DNA of 57,109 nt, the filler included, from Platydemus manokwari (lineage: Eukaryota), in the NCBI GenBank assembly GCA_037951405.1. It is 4 parts of 4 records of this genome, joined end to end, with 100 filler letters (N's around TTAATTAATTAA, not from the genome) between each part and the next. Parts side by side here need not be neighbours in the genome. Positions count along the whole stretch, not along the records: positions 1 to 20,173 come from JBBMOY011611407.1; 3 more parts are not named here. The stretch is one strand, 5' to 3'. The position numbers and the translations under genes were made by a program. How positions within the stretch are numbered: position 1 is the first letter of the stretch; each line of letters opens with the position of its first letter. Positions 1 through 13,166 of this stretch are shown here, piece after piece. Under the pieces are notes generated by a model. The model saw only the letters and a program-made list of their open reading frames with translations, was not told the origin of the DNA and did not search any database.

Positions 1-173
1 TGTTTTCTAAATTCTTTAAGATAACTATTCGAATATCAAAATATAACTATCCACATGAAAATTGTAAAAGTACATTAAAAATAATATAAATCAATAACTG
101 TTTCTAATATTTATTAGCATATTTTGCTGTTGTTTGTCATGCGATGATTTAATATGAATTATTTCATGTCTAG

Positions 174-3100
174 TCGTCCATTGCGTTGTTTTCAATGATC
201 AGAGAATAATTAGTGGCTCAGCTGATTCTACAATTAAAGTTTGGAATTTGCATACAAATGCTCAGTGGTCGGTGCAAACATTGCTAGGCCACAGTGAAGC
301 CGTTAGATGCCTTCAATTATTGCATTGTCCAGAATCACCATCATTTGGTGTGACAAAAAATCATGGTTCAATTGCCAATCATGAAGATTTATTTTTCGGT
401 CAAAAATGTCCCCGTGATATACAAATAGTGTCTGGTAGTAATGATAAAACTATAAAAATCTGGGCACTGGCTGCAAGAAATGATTGGTCGAGTATTGTTT
501 GTAGAGCCACGTTAATCGGGCATTCCGATTTTGTTCGTTGCTTACAGGTAATTGAATATTATTTAATTTGAAATTGTTTGAAAAATTGTAATGAAGATAA
601 TTTTCAATAATCGTACAGATCAGTGGTTTTCAACCAGAGTCCCGCGGTACATTAGGGTTTCGCCAGTACACTCCAGAAGTTCGGCAACTTCTAAATTTCT
701 AAATTAGAACAACGAACAACTAAACAACATATTAAATTCAATTTCGAAAATCTATTTTATTATTATTATTATTATTTCATTATTATTTGTGTTACTTTAT
801 TATTATTTATTGTTTAAATATACTAAATTTAACATAATTAAACGCGCTACATTATGGCACATGGGTTCCTCTCCAACAAAAGGTTGAAAACCACTGGTAT
901 AGATTTTATTGATCTATGTTTAAAAGCTTCGCAGTTTTCAATAATGATTTTTAATGATATAAATACAAATATACTGTCAATGATTACGGTACATTAAATT
1001 ATCACAAAAACGATTCAATAAATCACCGGTTTTTTGATAACAGTGGTGTAAATAATTAATTTAGATTTTAAAAATTCAATATTCCTGTTGTTTTTTTGAA
1101 TCAAGATGTAAATAAATTACAAAATTTTGTTTTAAATCACAGAAATATTAATAAAATTACATACTTTTCGATTTAAATGATTGATAGTGATAAAATTATA
1201 TGGAGACTTTATGAAATGAATAGCAGTTGGATTTATCTTGTATTTTTTTATTGCGTGATTTTCGTTTTGAAAATGAAAATTAAACCTCGGGATTATTCGT
1301 TGGATTATTTATCAATTGTACATTCTTAAAATGAAATCAATTAATTGGGATATATTTTGAATAATTCAGAACTATTTTGCTCTCTCTCTCTGTAAGAGTA
1401 TATTTCGTGTCAAAATATTATTAAATAAACCAGATTTCATCTACCATCATGATTGGTTGAAGAAGAAAATGAAATAAATTCAAATCCATAAGATTTTTTT
1501 TCATTTTCAAACAAAATAATAAATGGTAATTGATGGAAAAATTGTTATTTTTATACAAGTCAAATATTTCGCCAATTTGACTGAAATACCTTTGAATTAT
1601 TTTCTCATTTTTTTATTTGTTTGTATAATATGCCCTTAATATTATAAATACATCCTTTGTACAGATTCGATATAATATGTAATTCTGGTGTTATGAAAAT
1701 GGTCTATGGATGAATTATTTGTCATGGCAGTCATAGCTGGTGCAATCGTGTTCATCTTTCAATAATTGGAACAGTCCACGCATTCTTTTTCACCAAACAT
1801 TAAATCAAGCTATTCATCATTAATAATATAACATAAGAAATTATTTTGTAACCCATTTAAATTATCTTACAATGAGAAAATCGATTTTTTTTAAACATGT
1901 ACCTTTAAATGAAACAATTGAATTTTTTGCTAAAAGTAAATATTTGCTGCATGGTAACAATCACTATGACAACGCATTAAATTTTAATTACAGTATATAC
2001 CATAGATTATAAATTTAGTTAACAATTACACTAATAGCGACTATTTTTGATATTTGTATTGTAAACATTGTTCGAATATGTGTTCCATTCCAACATTTTA
2101 TTAATGTAATCAACTTTTAATCTGTAGTTCTTAATTTTTTGTTAAAAATTATAAATGTTTTTTCTCGTTTTTAATCGATGATAATTTTGTTTAATTAGTG
2201 AGAAAATAAAATAAATATTCTTAGCGTTGAATTTCTTAGTCGGCATATCATATTTTTAACGAAACAGAAAATTTCAGACTCAATTTCTGCAGCATACAAA
2301 GTGCTTGAGTTGCATCTAACTGAAAATTTTCTCTATTATTTAAAAAAGGGATAATTATTTGAAAAATTACCAACTAATCTCAAACAAAAGAGAATTTGTT
2401 AATTATCTTTCATTCTCAGATATTATTAAAACAAAAAATTATTTTTGTCCGAAAATGTTATATTATTATTATGTTAATAATAAATATAAAAATGTGGAAT
2501 GAAATTGTTTCATTTTACTGAAATCAACAATTTATGACGTTTTTCTGGGAAAATTCTGTTCAATACACTTAGCAAATATTATGAGAATATTATCGCAGGC
2601 AAATTATGTTTAATAACATTAATGTGTTTTCTACAAAAACAACTCTAATTGACTCCCAGCTATAATTATATTGAAAAGCTAATCATTAATTGTGGTCATT
2701 ATGTTATATATTGTTGGTGAATATTTGGTTGTTAGAATGTTTTATTGAATTTATTCATTATGGTTTGCTCTATTCAGGCTGATCACGATAAAATCGTCAG
2801 TGGTTCTTATGATGGAACTCTCAAGATATGGTGCATGATTACGTGTAAACTCAAAAATACGTTAAGGTTAGTAATGATATTTGATTGGATATTTTAAAAT
2901 ATATAATAATCGAGGCACATGGAATATCATTTGAAAATATAATTTCCAATGTTGAGGAAAAAACTAAAAAAAAACTAGTTTTTATTTATTAGGTTTGTTC
3001 TTTTATGGTAGCTACGTTTCACAAGACGCCGGGTGTGAAATATTTCGCATAAAAATATTTCCAAAACATCTGAATACACAGCAAAAATCAATTTTTCTTT

Positions 3101-6100
3101 CTATTGAGTCGTATAGATGATATTTGTTCTACTTGAAATCGATATCTTCTCCATATGATGTTTTATAAGACTTTTTGCCAATGATAAATCTATCCACCAA
3201 GCTAATTTATTACAAATTGTTTGATTATTCTTTTCAAATCACACTGATAATAAAACAAAATATAATTTACCACAATACAATATAATGAAGCATGAGAATC
3301 ACAGTCACGAATATATATGCGAAAAGTTATCGACAGTAAAAGAATGGTAATTCTTGCCAATAGTCGACTCTTTTATAAGCTGTGTTTTGTGTGCCCCTTG
3401 TGCCTAGTTTCATTCTGCTCGAGTGTTTTAATTGATAAATTTTCATTTCTTACCATTGTCAACAGTTCAATGCTTTTCTTCCATGTTATAATATGCTAGA
3501 AACGAATAATCGAAAGCCAATCAATTATTTATCATCTAGAGATCAATGATTTACTGCACGCATGCGTATGGATTGTGTACGTGTGTTCGGTTTAAATGGG
3601 TTTCTCCAAGGTTTAAACTATGATTCTTTCAGCTTTGTTTGTCCCGTATTTAACAAAATGAACCTCTTTCTTCATATTTCAGCTATAATTGGGAACAGAG
3701 AAATCTTTTGACAATATATTGCGCCACATTAAAAAAAACTATATTTTAATCTCAATCTTTATCAAGAGATTTCTTGTCTTGAAATCGAGATCTTGATATT
3801 TTCAAACTAAAATCATTGGTCTAATGCACAATACTATTACAATTATTTGATGAGATCTGATATTTATCAAAAAAATCTGGTTATAATTATAGAAATAAGC
3901 AAAGAATATTTTAAGTCCCTGGAATGTATACATCTTTCCTCTACATAAATCATTTCATTTCGAATAAATTATTATGATCAAATTACGTGAGACGGGAAAT
4001 ATTATTTATTTTGGAAAAACAATTTGTAAACAAAAAATCCATTTCCTATAATTATTGATGAAAATTTTCGTTCAATTTTATATCTAATAAATAATGATTT
4101 CTAAAAACCGAAAATATTCCCCTGACGAATAAAAATTTAAATTATTCAATCCAATGGAAAAATAAAATCTTTGGTTCCCATATAAGTTTCTCTTTGTATT
4201 AATGCGTTCTGTTTGCATTAGATAAGAAACTCTTGATTGGATAAACTGACGGCCAATTTCCCTATATTCAATCTCTGATATTTCCGTTTAATTAATTTTT
4301 TGGCGACTTTGATTGATTATTGTTTTGATTTTTATTTGTGATAAGATCGATCATAGTTTTGGTTGTGTTTTTGTTTTGTATCGACATTTCATGATTTTTA
4401 ATAAAAATGCTCTATTTTTGTTTTGTTTATAAATTTATTATAAACTAATCTATTCATTTATTATAATATATTATTTGCTTGATTTATAAGGATTATTTTA
4501 TTTTTCCATGTACAGATATCCCTTGAAAATAAATTGTAATTACATTTATTCTTGTTGGATATTATTAGACATAACTATATCATATTGTTATCGATATTAT
4601 TGTAATCGGTATTATTATGCCTGCCCTATACATCTGATATTTTCAAGTTCTTTGTTTCAGGAAGTAGTTGGAACTCAGACTAGCTTAGCAATGAACGTGC
4701 TATTATTTAATTATATTATTTGTTATTAATATTGCTACTACTGTTGAACTCAGTTAACTTTATCCTGTTCGTTTCAATATAAGTGGTGATATTAAACATG
4801 TTTACATTACAAAAAACTAATTAAACATAATTAAAAACAAAATACAAGCACTGAAAGATCTTTGATTAACTCATGATTGTGTGTGACTTTCGGCACTAAT
4901 CGTACTTAATCAAATTAGAAGTTTCAATCTATCTCTATATATTACTTGTAGATTTTAAGTAGATTTTTTATAAGTTACTTAATTATCATTTATCATGAAT
5001 TATTAAACAAACCCAAATTTTAGTCACAATGTTAAAATTCTTGAAAAATCCAATTCATTAAATTTTATAATTATTTAATGATATTTATGAAGAGATATTG
5101 AATAAAATAAACTATTAATGAATGGCATACATGTAGTTTCGATTATAATGTTATTAAGGGAGTTCAACTTGAATAGTATAAAAAATAATAATGGAGATAA
5201 GAGTTCTAACATTATATTTTAGTGATTTGGTGATTAAAATTTTAAACTTTCTTTGTCTTTCTTCCCATATAAAATCATATTAAAGAAAATTATTTGAAAA
5301 AACCAAGTAAAATAAGGATATCATTTCTCTAACATCAAATTATTTAGATGGTTTATAGTGCAATGTGGTTTATATTATTATTTCTTATATAAATTATTAT
5401 ATACATAAATTCTTCATTTGTTCACGTTCTCGGTTTTGTTTCATTAGTCGACTAAACAACTTGATTTTTGTCCCTAGATATTTTTCTTCTACATCATTAC
5501 AAAGTGCATAACGTTTTTATGATGTTACCAACATCAATACGAGTATGTTTAGTTTTGCCTGTTCTTTTAAAATCTATTTCTTTGATATGTTTAATGATAT
5601 GCTCTGTGAAACAATCGGTATATTTTCCTCTGTCTAATAAATAAAGTGCAATACAGCGCATTTTAAACTTCATATTCATATTCGTTTTATTTTATTATTA
5701 TATCGATTTTATTCTATAATATAACATTCTAAAATCACAATATATTCGATAACATTAAACCAAATGAGTTTATTTGAATTTTCTCCAAACATTTAAACAC
5801 TATTTTTGTTTCATATTTCATCAAAATATCCCCGCTGTGTGATACATTTCTAAAAGTTTTATCAAAATAAAATATCATATTTTGACATTTATTCAGATAT
5901 ATCTTATATTGTATTATTAAGAAATTATCTAATATCATCTGTAAATATCATCATGCCTTAATATACAATGATTTAATCTATCCAAGGTTTATTATGAGTG
6001 TGTTATTATCATTGTTGTTGAAAGATTGTTTTCTTATCATCATTTGCACAACATTACGAATAAATTTAATTTTCTGTATAATTTTCAATACGTTTTTGAA

Positions 6101-9100
6101 ATTGTGTATGGAAATTTTAATGTATATAATTTATTTTTAGAAAAAGTGAGTGGAAAATGAAAATTATAAAAGTTACTTTAATACTTTGTATTCCCAACAA
6201 TATAATTTGGTGATAAAATAATATGGGTTTCATGTTATGAACCTCTACATCAATGGTTCTCAACCCGAAGTTGCGACCCCGATTAGGGTCGGCAAGCATT
6301 TTTAAAGGGGTCGCCGAATTATGGTAGGTGTATAAACCATTACATGTGAAAAATGGTGTTTTATGATGCTGTTCAATAAATAGCTTGTGATGCTGGTTAA
6401 ATTACTTGACTTATCATAAAAAATTATTCGTGTCATCATGGCTTTTCCATCAACATATGTGTGAAACAGGCTTCGCTTCACTATTGATGATAAAATCAAA
6501 GTCCAGGAACAGACTTAGTGGGGAAGATGATTTGTGATGTGCATTATCCACAACTCTTCCACAAATTGATAAGCTTGTGACAGGGAAACCATATCAACAT
6601 TCTCATTAAATTGTTGGAAATTGGTTTTATTAAATATGATGAGTTATGACTTATTTTTAGTAATATTGATTTTCTTTTGAGTCGCCAAGATCTTAAAAGT
6701 GGGAAATGAATCGCAATCGAAAAAAAAGTTAAGAACCGCTGTTCTACATATTTAATATACGCGTTAGTACAATGATTTTGCCCATTCAGTCCAATATCTA
6801 GCAAATATTCTTCTTTATCTTATGAAATAAGCGTGAACCAATTTACTGTGTTTTATAAAATTCGATGTAAATTTTTGCGAAAAAAACGAAATTGCATTTG
6901 TAAATATAATTTATTTAATGATTTTGTAAAAATGGTTTTGTTTAGATACTTATAGACTCAGTTCTAAATGTCAAAGATCGAATGATATTTCATTAATCAT
7001 TCCTGACTATTCAGAAATTCAGTGAAAATGGCTTTAGGAATCTCCGTCATGTTTCCAAATATTACTTTGAAAGTTCTCGGACCCACGTATTTTTAAAACA
7101 AATTTGATCATATTAAATATAACATAAAACCGATTTTTACTGATATAATCAATACGTTTTAATTTATTCGATATTTATCATGATTTGAATCGTTCCTAAA
7201 ATCTCCTATTAAAACTGCATATTAATTAAGCATTGTCTTGAGAAATATATCAAACACATAGAAGAATAGTCGAACATGGCTTTGGGGTTGGTTTTGAACC
7301 AAATTTATGAATGATTAATCTCCCGTTCTGAAATATCGTAATAGTTTTTAAAAAAAACATCAAACGAAAATCTGAGATGGATTTTTAAATCAAAATTAAA
7401 ATATTTGCTTATCTTATTTTCATCACAGCATTATTTAGTCAATTGGGTGTTCTTCAAATGACAATTTATTATCCAAATATTTAACATTAACATATTTTTA
7501 TATCTCATCTGAAAACTAAATATATAATTCAAGTTGATTACTTTTAAAATATTAGTAATTTTTTAAAATATTTTTTTGCGTCCATTAATGAGTTAATTGG
7601 AATATATTTTCTATTCCAAGCCCGAGAAATTGTAATAATGAAAGTTATGTGATAAATGTCTAAAAAGTTATGAAATATGTTCGCTATTTGTTTTAGTTGT
7701 CGTTGGAAATGAAATTTTTATACAAAAAAAAACTAATGATTCGATTATTGACATCTTAAACAAGTTTAAAGCTTTTAAAGTATATTTTCTTTCATATTTA
7801 TATTATCGATTAAATCAGAATCGGATGACATTTTTTTTCGTTACCATTACAATGAGTTGATTATTGACACAGCTGTGATTGTGAGACAATAGTGTGTCCG
7901 ACTTTTGCAGCCTGAACACATCGCAGTTTTCTTCACAGGACTTACAGTATCGGTTGTAAATTTAAACATCAAGCAATTTAGCAACCATTTCCAAATGACT
8001 TAAGTCAAATTTAATAAATATAATTATTTATTGTTAAAATCTATTCTATTGGTCATTGAATGATATATATTAAAATATTGAAAATGTGCTTAAAATATTG
8101 TTAGTATTTTCAAAACACTAAATATTGTTTGCGCAAATTTCAGCTATTTAAAAGATATTATCTTGTCGTGTGTGTGCTTTACAAACTGATTCAATAAAAT
8201 TGGAATTCTAATTTTGTGACGAAAGAGATTGTGGATTAAATTGATGACAAAATATTCAATTTGAATAATTATAACTTTCGATGTGGTTTCCATGGTAATT
8301 TCCTGTTTCAATTCTGACAATCTAAAGCACTGGTATCTAATAGATTTAAGAAAGCCATTTTACTGTTCATTAGTTGGTAATGTTAGCAAATCAATTTCTT
8401 ATTGGATCATGAGAAATATTGTCGGTGATATCAGAAATATATTACTTACAAAATTGAATATCAAATGTTAAAATAATCTTTGAATTGTCAGAATTTATTT
8501 TAATGATATTATTCATTTGGTGTTCTATTCATTGATTCTATCATCTTAGTTTTGAATGGTGAATGAATTATTAAATCAATTCATCAATGATACATATATT
8601 CTATTAAATATATCAAATGGATATAATCTATAATGTAAAGAAAACTTACAAAAAAATATAATTATTGAAAAATGGTTCTCATGGAATTTTCTGTACATTT
8701 TGAATTGTTTATAAAATTAATTTTATCACTGTGATTGAGACAGTGATGAGGAATCAAAATCCAATAACCAAATGATATTGCTAAGCTTAGTGAAATGTCC
8801 TTGTGTTAGAATCCACCATTTATTTCAACGAATATAACCCCGGAAAGTAGTTGCATCCATGTATGCTCGATGTCACTTGATATTAAACAGTTTAAATCCG
8901 ATGGATTTCGATAATGTATGGATTTTTCATCAGTGTTTTTAATTATACTTATATCTCCAATTATATAAATGTCACGCTTAAAAAAAATCAGAAATCGGGC
9001 CAACGTTCTTTTATTTATCTGAAGAAATATAATTGTTAAATTATTTATAATATTTTAAAAATGAATTTTATATTTGTTTATTGATTTTTTCACTTAGTTC

Positions 9101-12100
9101 TTATTTTATTATCGTATGAATCTATTTGATCTATCAAACGCCTACTTGATAAATAGGTCTAAATTAGATACAAGATAGACATTTATGAAATTAAATTAAT
9201 AAAATATTCGAAGTAGATGAAAATAGTGTGCTTGTAGATTATTCTCCAAAAGTATTGTTTGGCTAAACTGTCCTTTCTAAACGTAATAACAATTTTGTTT
9301 GGTGTTTTTAAACGAGAATGATTCTCATAACTTTAAAATAAGTTTCGAAATGAAAGAATACTAAAGGTTTTCCAAAAGTTCAGTCCAAATCATTTTTAAC
9401 ATAATATATGTTTATATGAATACTTCAGCAATTTGTGAGGATTGTCTATAGCAATGGTCTTCACACTTTTTGTGTTGCTTCCTACTTTACGAGTCCAAAT
9501 TTTTTCGCAACCCCTAGGGATTAAAATAAAAATAATAAAGTACATTTTTTTAATAAAAATATTAAAATATATTTAATAATAACAACAATTTTGCATAATC
9601 TGGAATAAAACTTCAAATCTTGGCTCTATTTTGGTGATGGCGGTTTCTGTACCAATAACAGATCTTTAAATTATTTTGTCTTAATACAAGTCAGTGTCGA
9701 AAATGGAATGTCTCGCGATTTCCTCCTTTTGAAGAACACTGGTTTTATAGTATAACATCTTTCAATGCCCTTAATGGAATGTTAATAATTCTATTTAAAA
9801 CTCATTTTCAATGATCTTTTAAATATCTTTAAAACATTTTAGAATTTGTTTATTACATTCGATTTGATATTACTGTTCTAATTCTACTTTCTTGATCAAT
9901 TCAATTACAGAATTATACTGTTTAATTTGTCCTTAATTTTTTGGTTTCTTGAATCACTTATTTGCTTTTTTAATTTGCTTATATTATTATCGATTTATTT
10001 TCATTGTCCTTTCTAATTTCATACGAAACAAAAAACTATTTTCAATTCCAAAAAGTTATCATTTTATTGAAATGATTGAAAGGAACTCTCAAAAATACTT
10101 TTGAAAAAAATTCAAGTGTTCCTAATTATGATAAATATTTATTTATATAAATTCGATTATCATTGAATCAATAATTTCGACGCAATACACAAATATACCA
10201 CATGGCTATCATTCAATTTGAACAATATGATCAACACATAAATATATATAATGGTTCTTGATATGTGAATAAAATTTCTCAAGATCTAAAACGAAAATGT
10301 CGCTTAAATAGGATGACAAATGTTGGCATAATGAACATTTCAGTGTGGTCAATGTCAAATATTACAAGTCCATTTTGTTACACACAATTTTCGGTAATTC
10401 ATATAAATGAGCATCATTTCAATGATTTTCATAAATATTTACCACAAACGATATTTGTTTATCATAATATATTTAATCATGAATTATTCACAACTCGTAA
10501 TGTTCGGTCTTTTCCAATTTCAGAGGACATTTAGATGCAATACTTTGTGTTCAATACGACGATGCTGTCATTGTGTCAGGTTCGCTTGATAAAACAATAA
10601 AGGTCAAGAAAATATTGTTTGCAAAATATTGTTTTTATATTCTCGTTTTTTCAGGTTTGGTTGTTCAATGGGGACTGTTTGTTTAGTCTTGATGGACATG
10701 TCGATCCAGTTGCATGTTTACATCTGGATTATAAATATAATCGTATTATATCTGGCTCACATGACAATACGCTCAAATTCTGGGATATTGCTAATAGAAA
10801 ATGTGTTCGCACCATTGATTGGAAAGAAAGTGAAGGCCACAAACGTGTAATTCGTTGCTTACAAGCCGATCATTATAGATTTGTCAGTGGTTCCGATGAT
10901 AAAACAATTAAAGTAGTTTTGTTATAAATTGAATGGCGATTTGTTTTTATCATTGATATCAATAGATTTAACGTTTTTAATGATATTTAATGATGTATTT
11001 TAAATGACATTATCGATTATTGATAATATTTTTATATATTGATTGATTATTGGTTTAGTTAATATATATGTATTAGGTAATAAGATAATATATAGCAATA
11101 ATAATATATTTATTATTATTAAATGGAGAATAAACCCTATTCTGTTCCTTACGCTGATGAAAAATCGAACCGGGATCCACAAATTCATAACCCAATTCGC
11201 ACACATTATATATTAATAATAATTAACGATTTAATTTAATGAACAAAAAATAAAGGTTTTATTAGATTAATTATTGATTTGTGTGATTTATTTATTTTTT
11301 GTTTATCGAATTCGATCTGTATTTAAATTTTATCTGTAGCTGTAGTGAAAATGAAAAATCTCATCTCTTTGATAGCACATTAAAATCCACTGGGACATTT
11401 GGATGAAATATCGAAATTGCTCTGTTGTCTGATACAAAATTTTATGTTTTTATAATAATAATAATCATCATCATGTGACTATAATAACTCTATTTCATCG
11501 AATTATCACATCGTGTCCCAAAGCAATCCCAAAAAAAAATTCATTGAATGTTTTTAAATACCATTCGTTGTATCACGATAAATTTTTCTAAATTTAAAAA
11601 TTCAAATTAATTTGATTATTGATTATGTGATTACTGTGCATCTATGCAATTTCAACCATGCAGCGACTTCAAAAGAATTTTTCTAAAATAAGAACGCTAA
11701 TGAATTCCTTCTTTAATTGATAGATTTGAGTCAATTGGAAATGTTGACAAAAACTGCACGCTAAACCTTGTGATTGTAATTACAACAATAGAATTGGTGC
11801 AGTTGCTAACTCTGGGAATGAAATAGGTGGTACTTTCTCCATGTAATAGATATTTAGGAATCTTAGCTTTTACATTGGTCGACACTTAAGCTTTTGTGAC
11901 ATTGATGAACGGCTGTGTTCTACAGTTGTTGAAAAGCCAATTTGTATTGTGAAGTATTGATTGTGGACAAAATTGATCAAAATTCTTAAGCAAACGATGG
12001 TAACAATTTGGTGGCTAATCGTATGACTTCAATCTCTTATTGGATTTCGATTGCCAATTATTACACATCGACAGTATGTAGCGTACATCAAGTTATACCA

Positions 12101-13166
12101 ATAAGATAAAAGATAGAAGGAAATTTTTTAATAGATTGGATAGTTCTAACAAATGAAAAGCAGAATTGCAAGACAACAGGTTAAACACCCAAGACAAGTT
12201 TATTAAAGGAGTTAACTCTCGAAGACAATTGTTAGTCTTTGATGGTTGGTACCTTTTGCAGTTATTTTTATCTTTAGGGTGCTGAACCCATTGTGATTTA
12301 ATATTTCGCTTATGAAAATTTTGTCTTACTGGGTGTTTAGCGTTGGTGATCTTATTGAATTTGTACGAACAGTTTTTTTTACAATTTTAATCTTGGCTAT
12401 TCAGTTTTTGTAATTATCCTAGCACTATTAATAAAATTGGCGAACATTCTGAAAATATAATTTGAATGTGTTAGTTTTTATAAAATAAGGTTGAAAGATT
12501 GCTGTGGGACATCCTGTATAATATTAACAGAATTTTGATATTTTAACACATTGACGGTCAGTAGGAACAAATGAAGTTCGAAATTTAACACTATATGTGC
12601 GTACTTAAGCTGCAAGTCGTGTAATAAGTGGAAAACAAAAGTCAATCGGAAGAATTGTTTCCAAAACATGACACCAGTCTTCTATGTACGCCGGTAAATG
12701 CACATTTGTGTCGCTATACCCACATTGTCCAAAAAAGACCGTTTCGTTTTAGACGGCTGTTGCTGTCATGCCACATAATGAACTTCGCTTTAACGGTTAT
12801 AGACGCGAGTGTCCGTCAACGTGTTAAAATAACCATTAATGAGATTATGAATTATTATATTTCAACATTGCTAATAATAATCATGTCTCATCTTTTCATA
12901 ATGTCATGCTGCACCGTGTATCCTAATTAAATATTATTATTGCATAATTTATATTCATTGACAATTTGTTTGAATAATTTTTTCACATTTTATAGAATAA
13001 ATATTAAACAAATATTATACAGGTCTGGGATATAGAAAGCGGTACCAGGCTCCATACATATCAAGGTCATAAAGATGGAGTGAGTTGTTTGCAATTCAAT
13101 GACGAGATGCTTGTTTCCGGCTCATATGACCACTCTGTTATTCTCTGGGATTTCTCAGCTTGTTAA
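174..13166 (+). CDS. WD40-repeat protein, probably F-box/WD (FBXW7/SconB-like) family; 5'-partial, last five exons: 174-547, 2778-2866, 10524-10602, 10655-10912, 13023-13166
   Basis: GT-AG splicing joins the exons in frame into successive WD40 blades: VHCVVFNDQRIISGSADSTIKVW; GHSEAVRCLQ...IVSGSNDKTIKIW; GHSDFVRCLQ|ADHDKIVSGSYDGTLKIW; R|GHLDAILCVQYDDAVIVSGSLDKTIK|VW; GHVDPVACLHL...IISGSHDNTLKFWD; GHKRVIRCLQADHYRFVSGSDDKTIK|VWD; GHKDGVSCLQFNDEMLVSGSYDHSVILWDFSAC* (TAA 13164-13166). An F-box is not visible; it would lie upstream of the window. Confidence 0.9.
621..896. mobile_element. hAT (Charlie/Buster-type) MITE, 276 bp
   Basis: Perfect 15-bp TIRs CAGTGGTTTTCAACC / GGTTGAAAACCACTG. 8-bp TSD GTACAGAT (613-620) vs GTATAGAT (897-904), 7/8 identical. 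AT-rich non-coding interior. Confidence 0.9.
1700..1800 (-). pseudogene. short degenerate hAT (GTF2IRD2/SPIN-like) transposase fragment
   Basis: Minus-strand translation VDCSNY*KMNTIAPAMTA resembles the hAT motif W.KL..(T)TDGAPAM.G around the second catalytic Asp. Short and decayed. Confidence 0.3.
6251..6741 (+). mobile_element. internally deleted hAT Charlie/Buster element retaining the transposase C-terminus
   Basis: Left end CAATGGTTCTCAACC followed by a GCGACCCC...GGGGTCGC subterminal motif; right end AGTTAAGAACCGCTG. TSD CTCTACAT (6243-6250) vs TTCTACAT (6742-6749). About 6440-6608 reads AFPSTY(fs)CETGFASLLMIKSKSRNRLSGEDDL*CALSTTLPQIDKLVTGKPYQHSH*, matching the Buster-type hAT dimerisation domain and C-terminus. 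Confidence 0.88.
7850..8000 (-). pseudogene. Mutator-like (MULE) transposase fragment
   Basis: Minus strand reads VAKLLDV*IYNRYCKSCEENCDVFRLQKSDTLLSHNHSCVNN, matching the G-K-V-L-D...K-Y-C-x2-C...H-x-C-x2-N pattern of animal Mutator-like transposases. Confidence 0.5.
9452..9741 (-). mobile_element. degenerate hAT Charlie/Buster non-autonomous element
   Basis: Ends CAATGGTCTTCACA / TTTGAAGAACACTG form an imperfect TIR. Flanks GTCTATAG and GTTTTATAG resemble a decayed TSD. Minus-strand remnants IPFSTLTCIKTK and AITKIEPRFEVL resemble a Buster transposase C-terminus. Confidence 0.65.
12547..12823 (-). mobile_element. piggyBac-type non-autonomous element, 277 bp
   Basis: TTAA on both sides (12543-12546 and 12824-12827). 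TIRs CACATTGACGGTCA / TGTCCGTCAACGTG match at 12/14. The minus-strand interior ETVFFGQCGYSDTNVHL...CF resembles a decayed piggyBac Cys-rich C-terminus. Confidence 0.75.

Noticed and set aside
2990-3720. Possible further hAT transposase debris (KTSYGEDIDF, compare TTGEDIF), with similar hints at 22500-23900
   Set aside because: The similarity is too weak to call. It is plausible but unverified.
8806-9003. PSDLN...IEHTW resembling the Tc1 SPDLNPIE..W motif
   Set aside because: A single short, interrupted motif with no supporting context.
11630-12300. piggyBac-like peptides (RWYFLHVIDI, SKRW) on the + strand
   Set aside because: Too fragmentary to support by eye, and no ends were found. It needs a profile search.
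13152-13166. C-terminal FSAC of the WD40 protein as a prenylation signal
   Set aside because: The Cys is the last residue, so it does not fit CaaX, CC or CXC.
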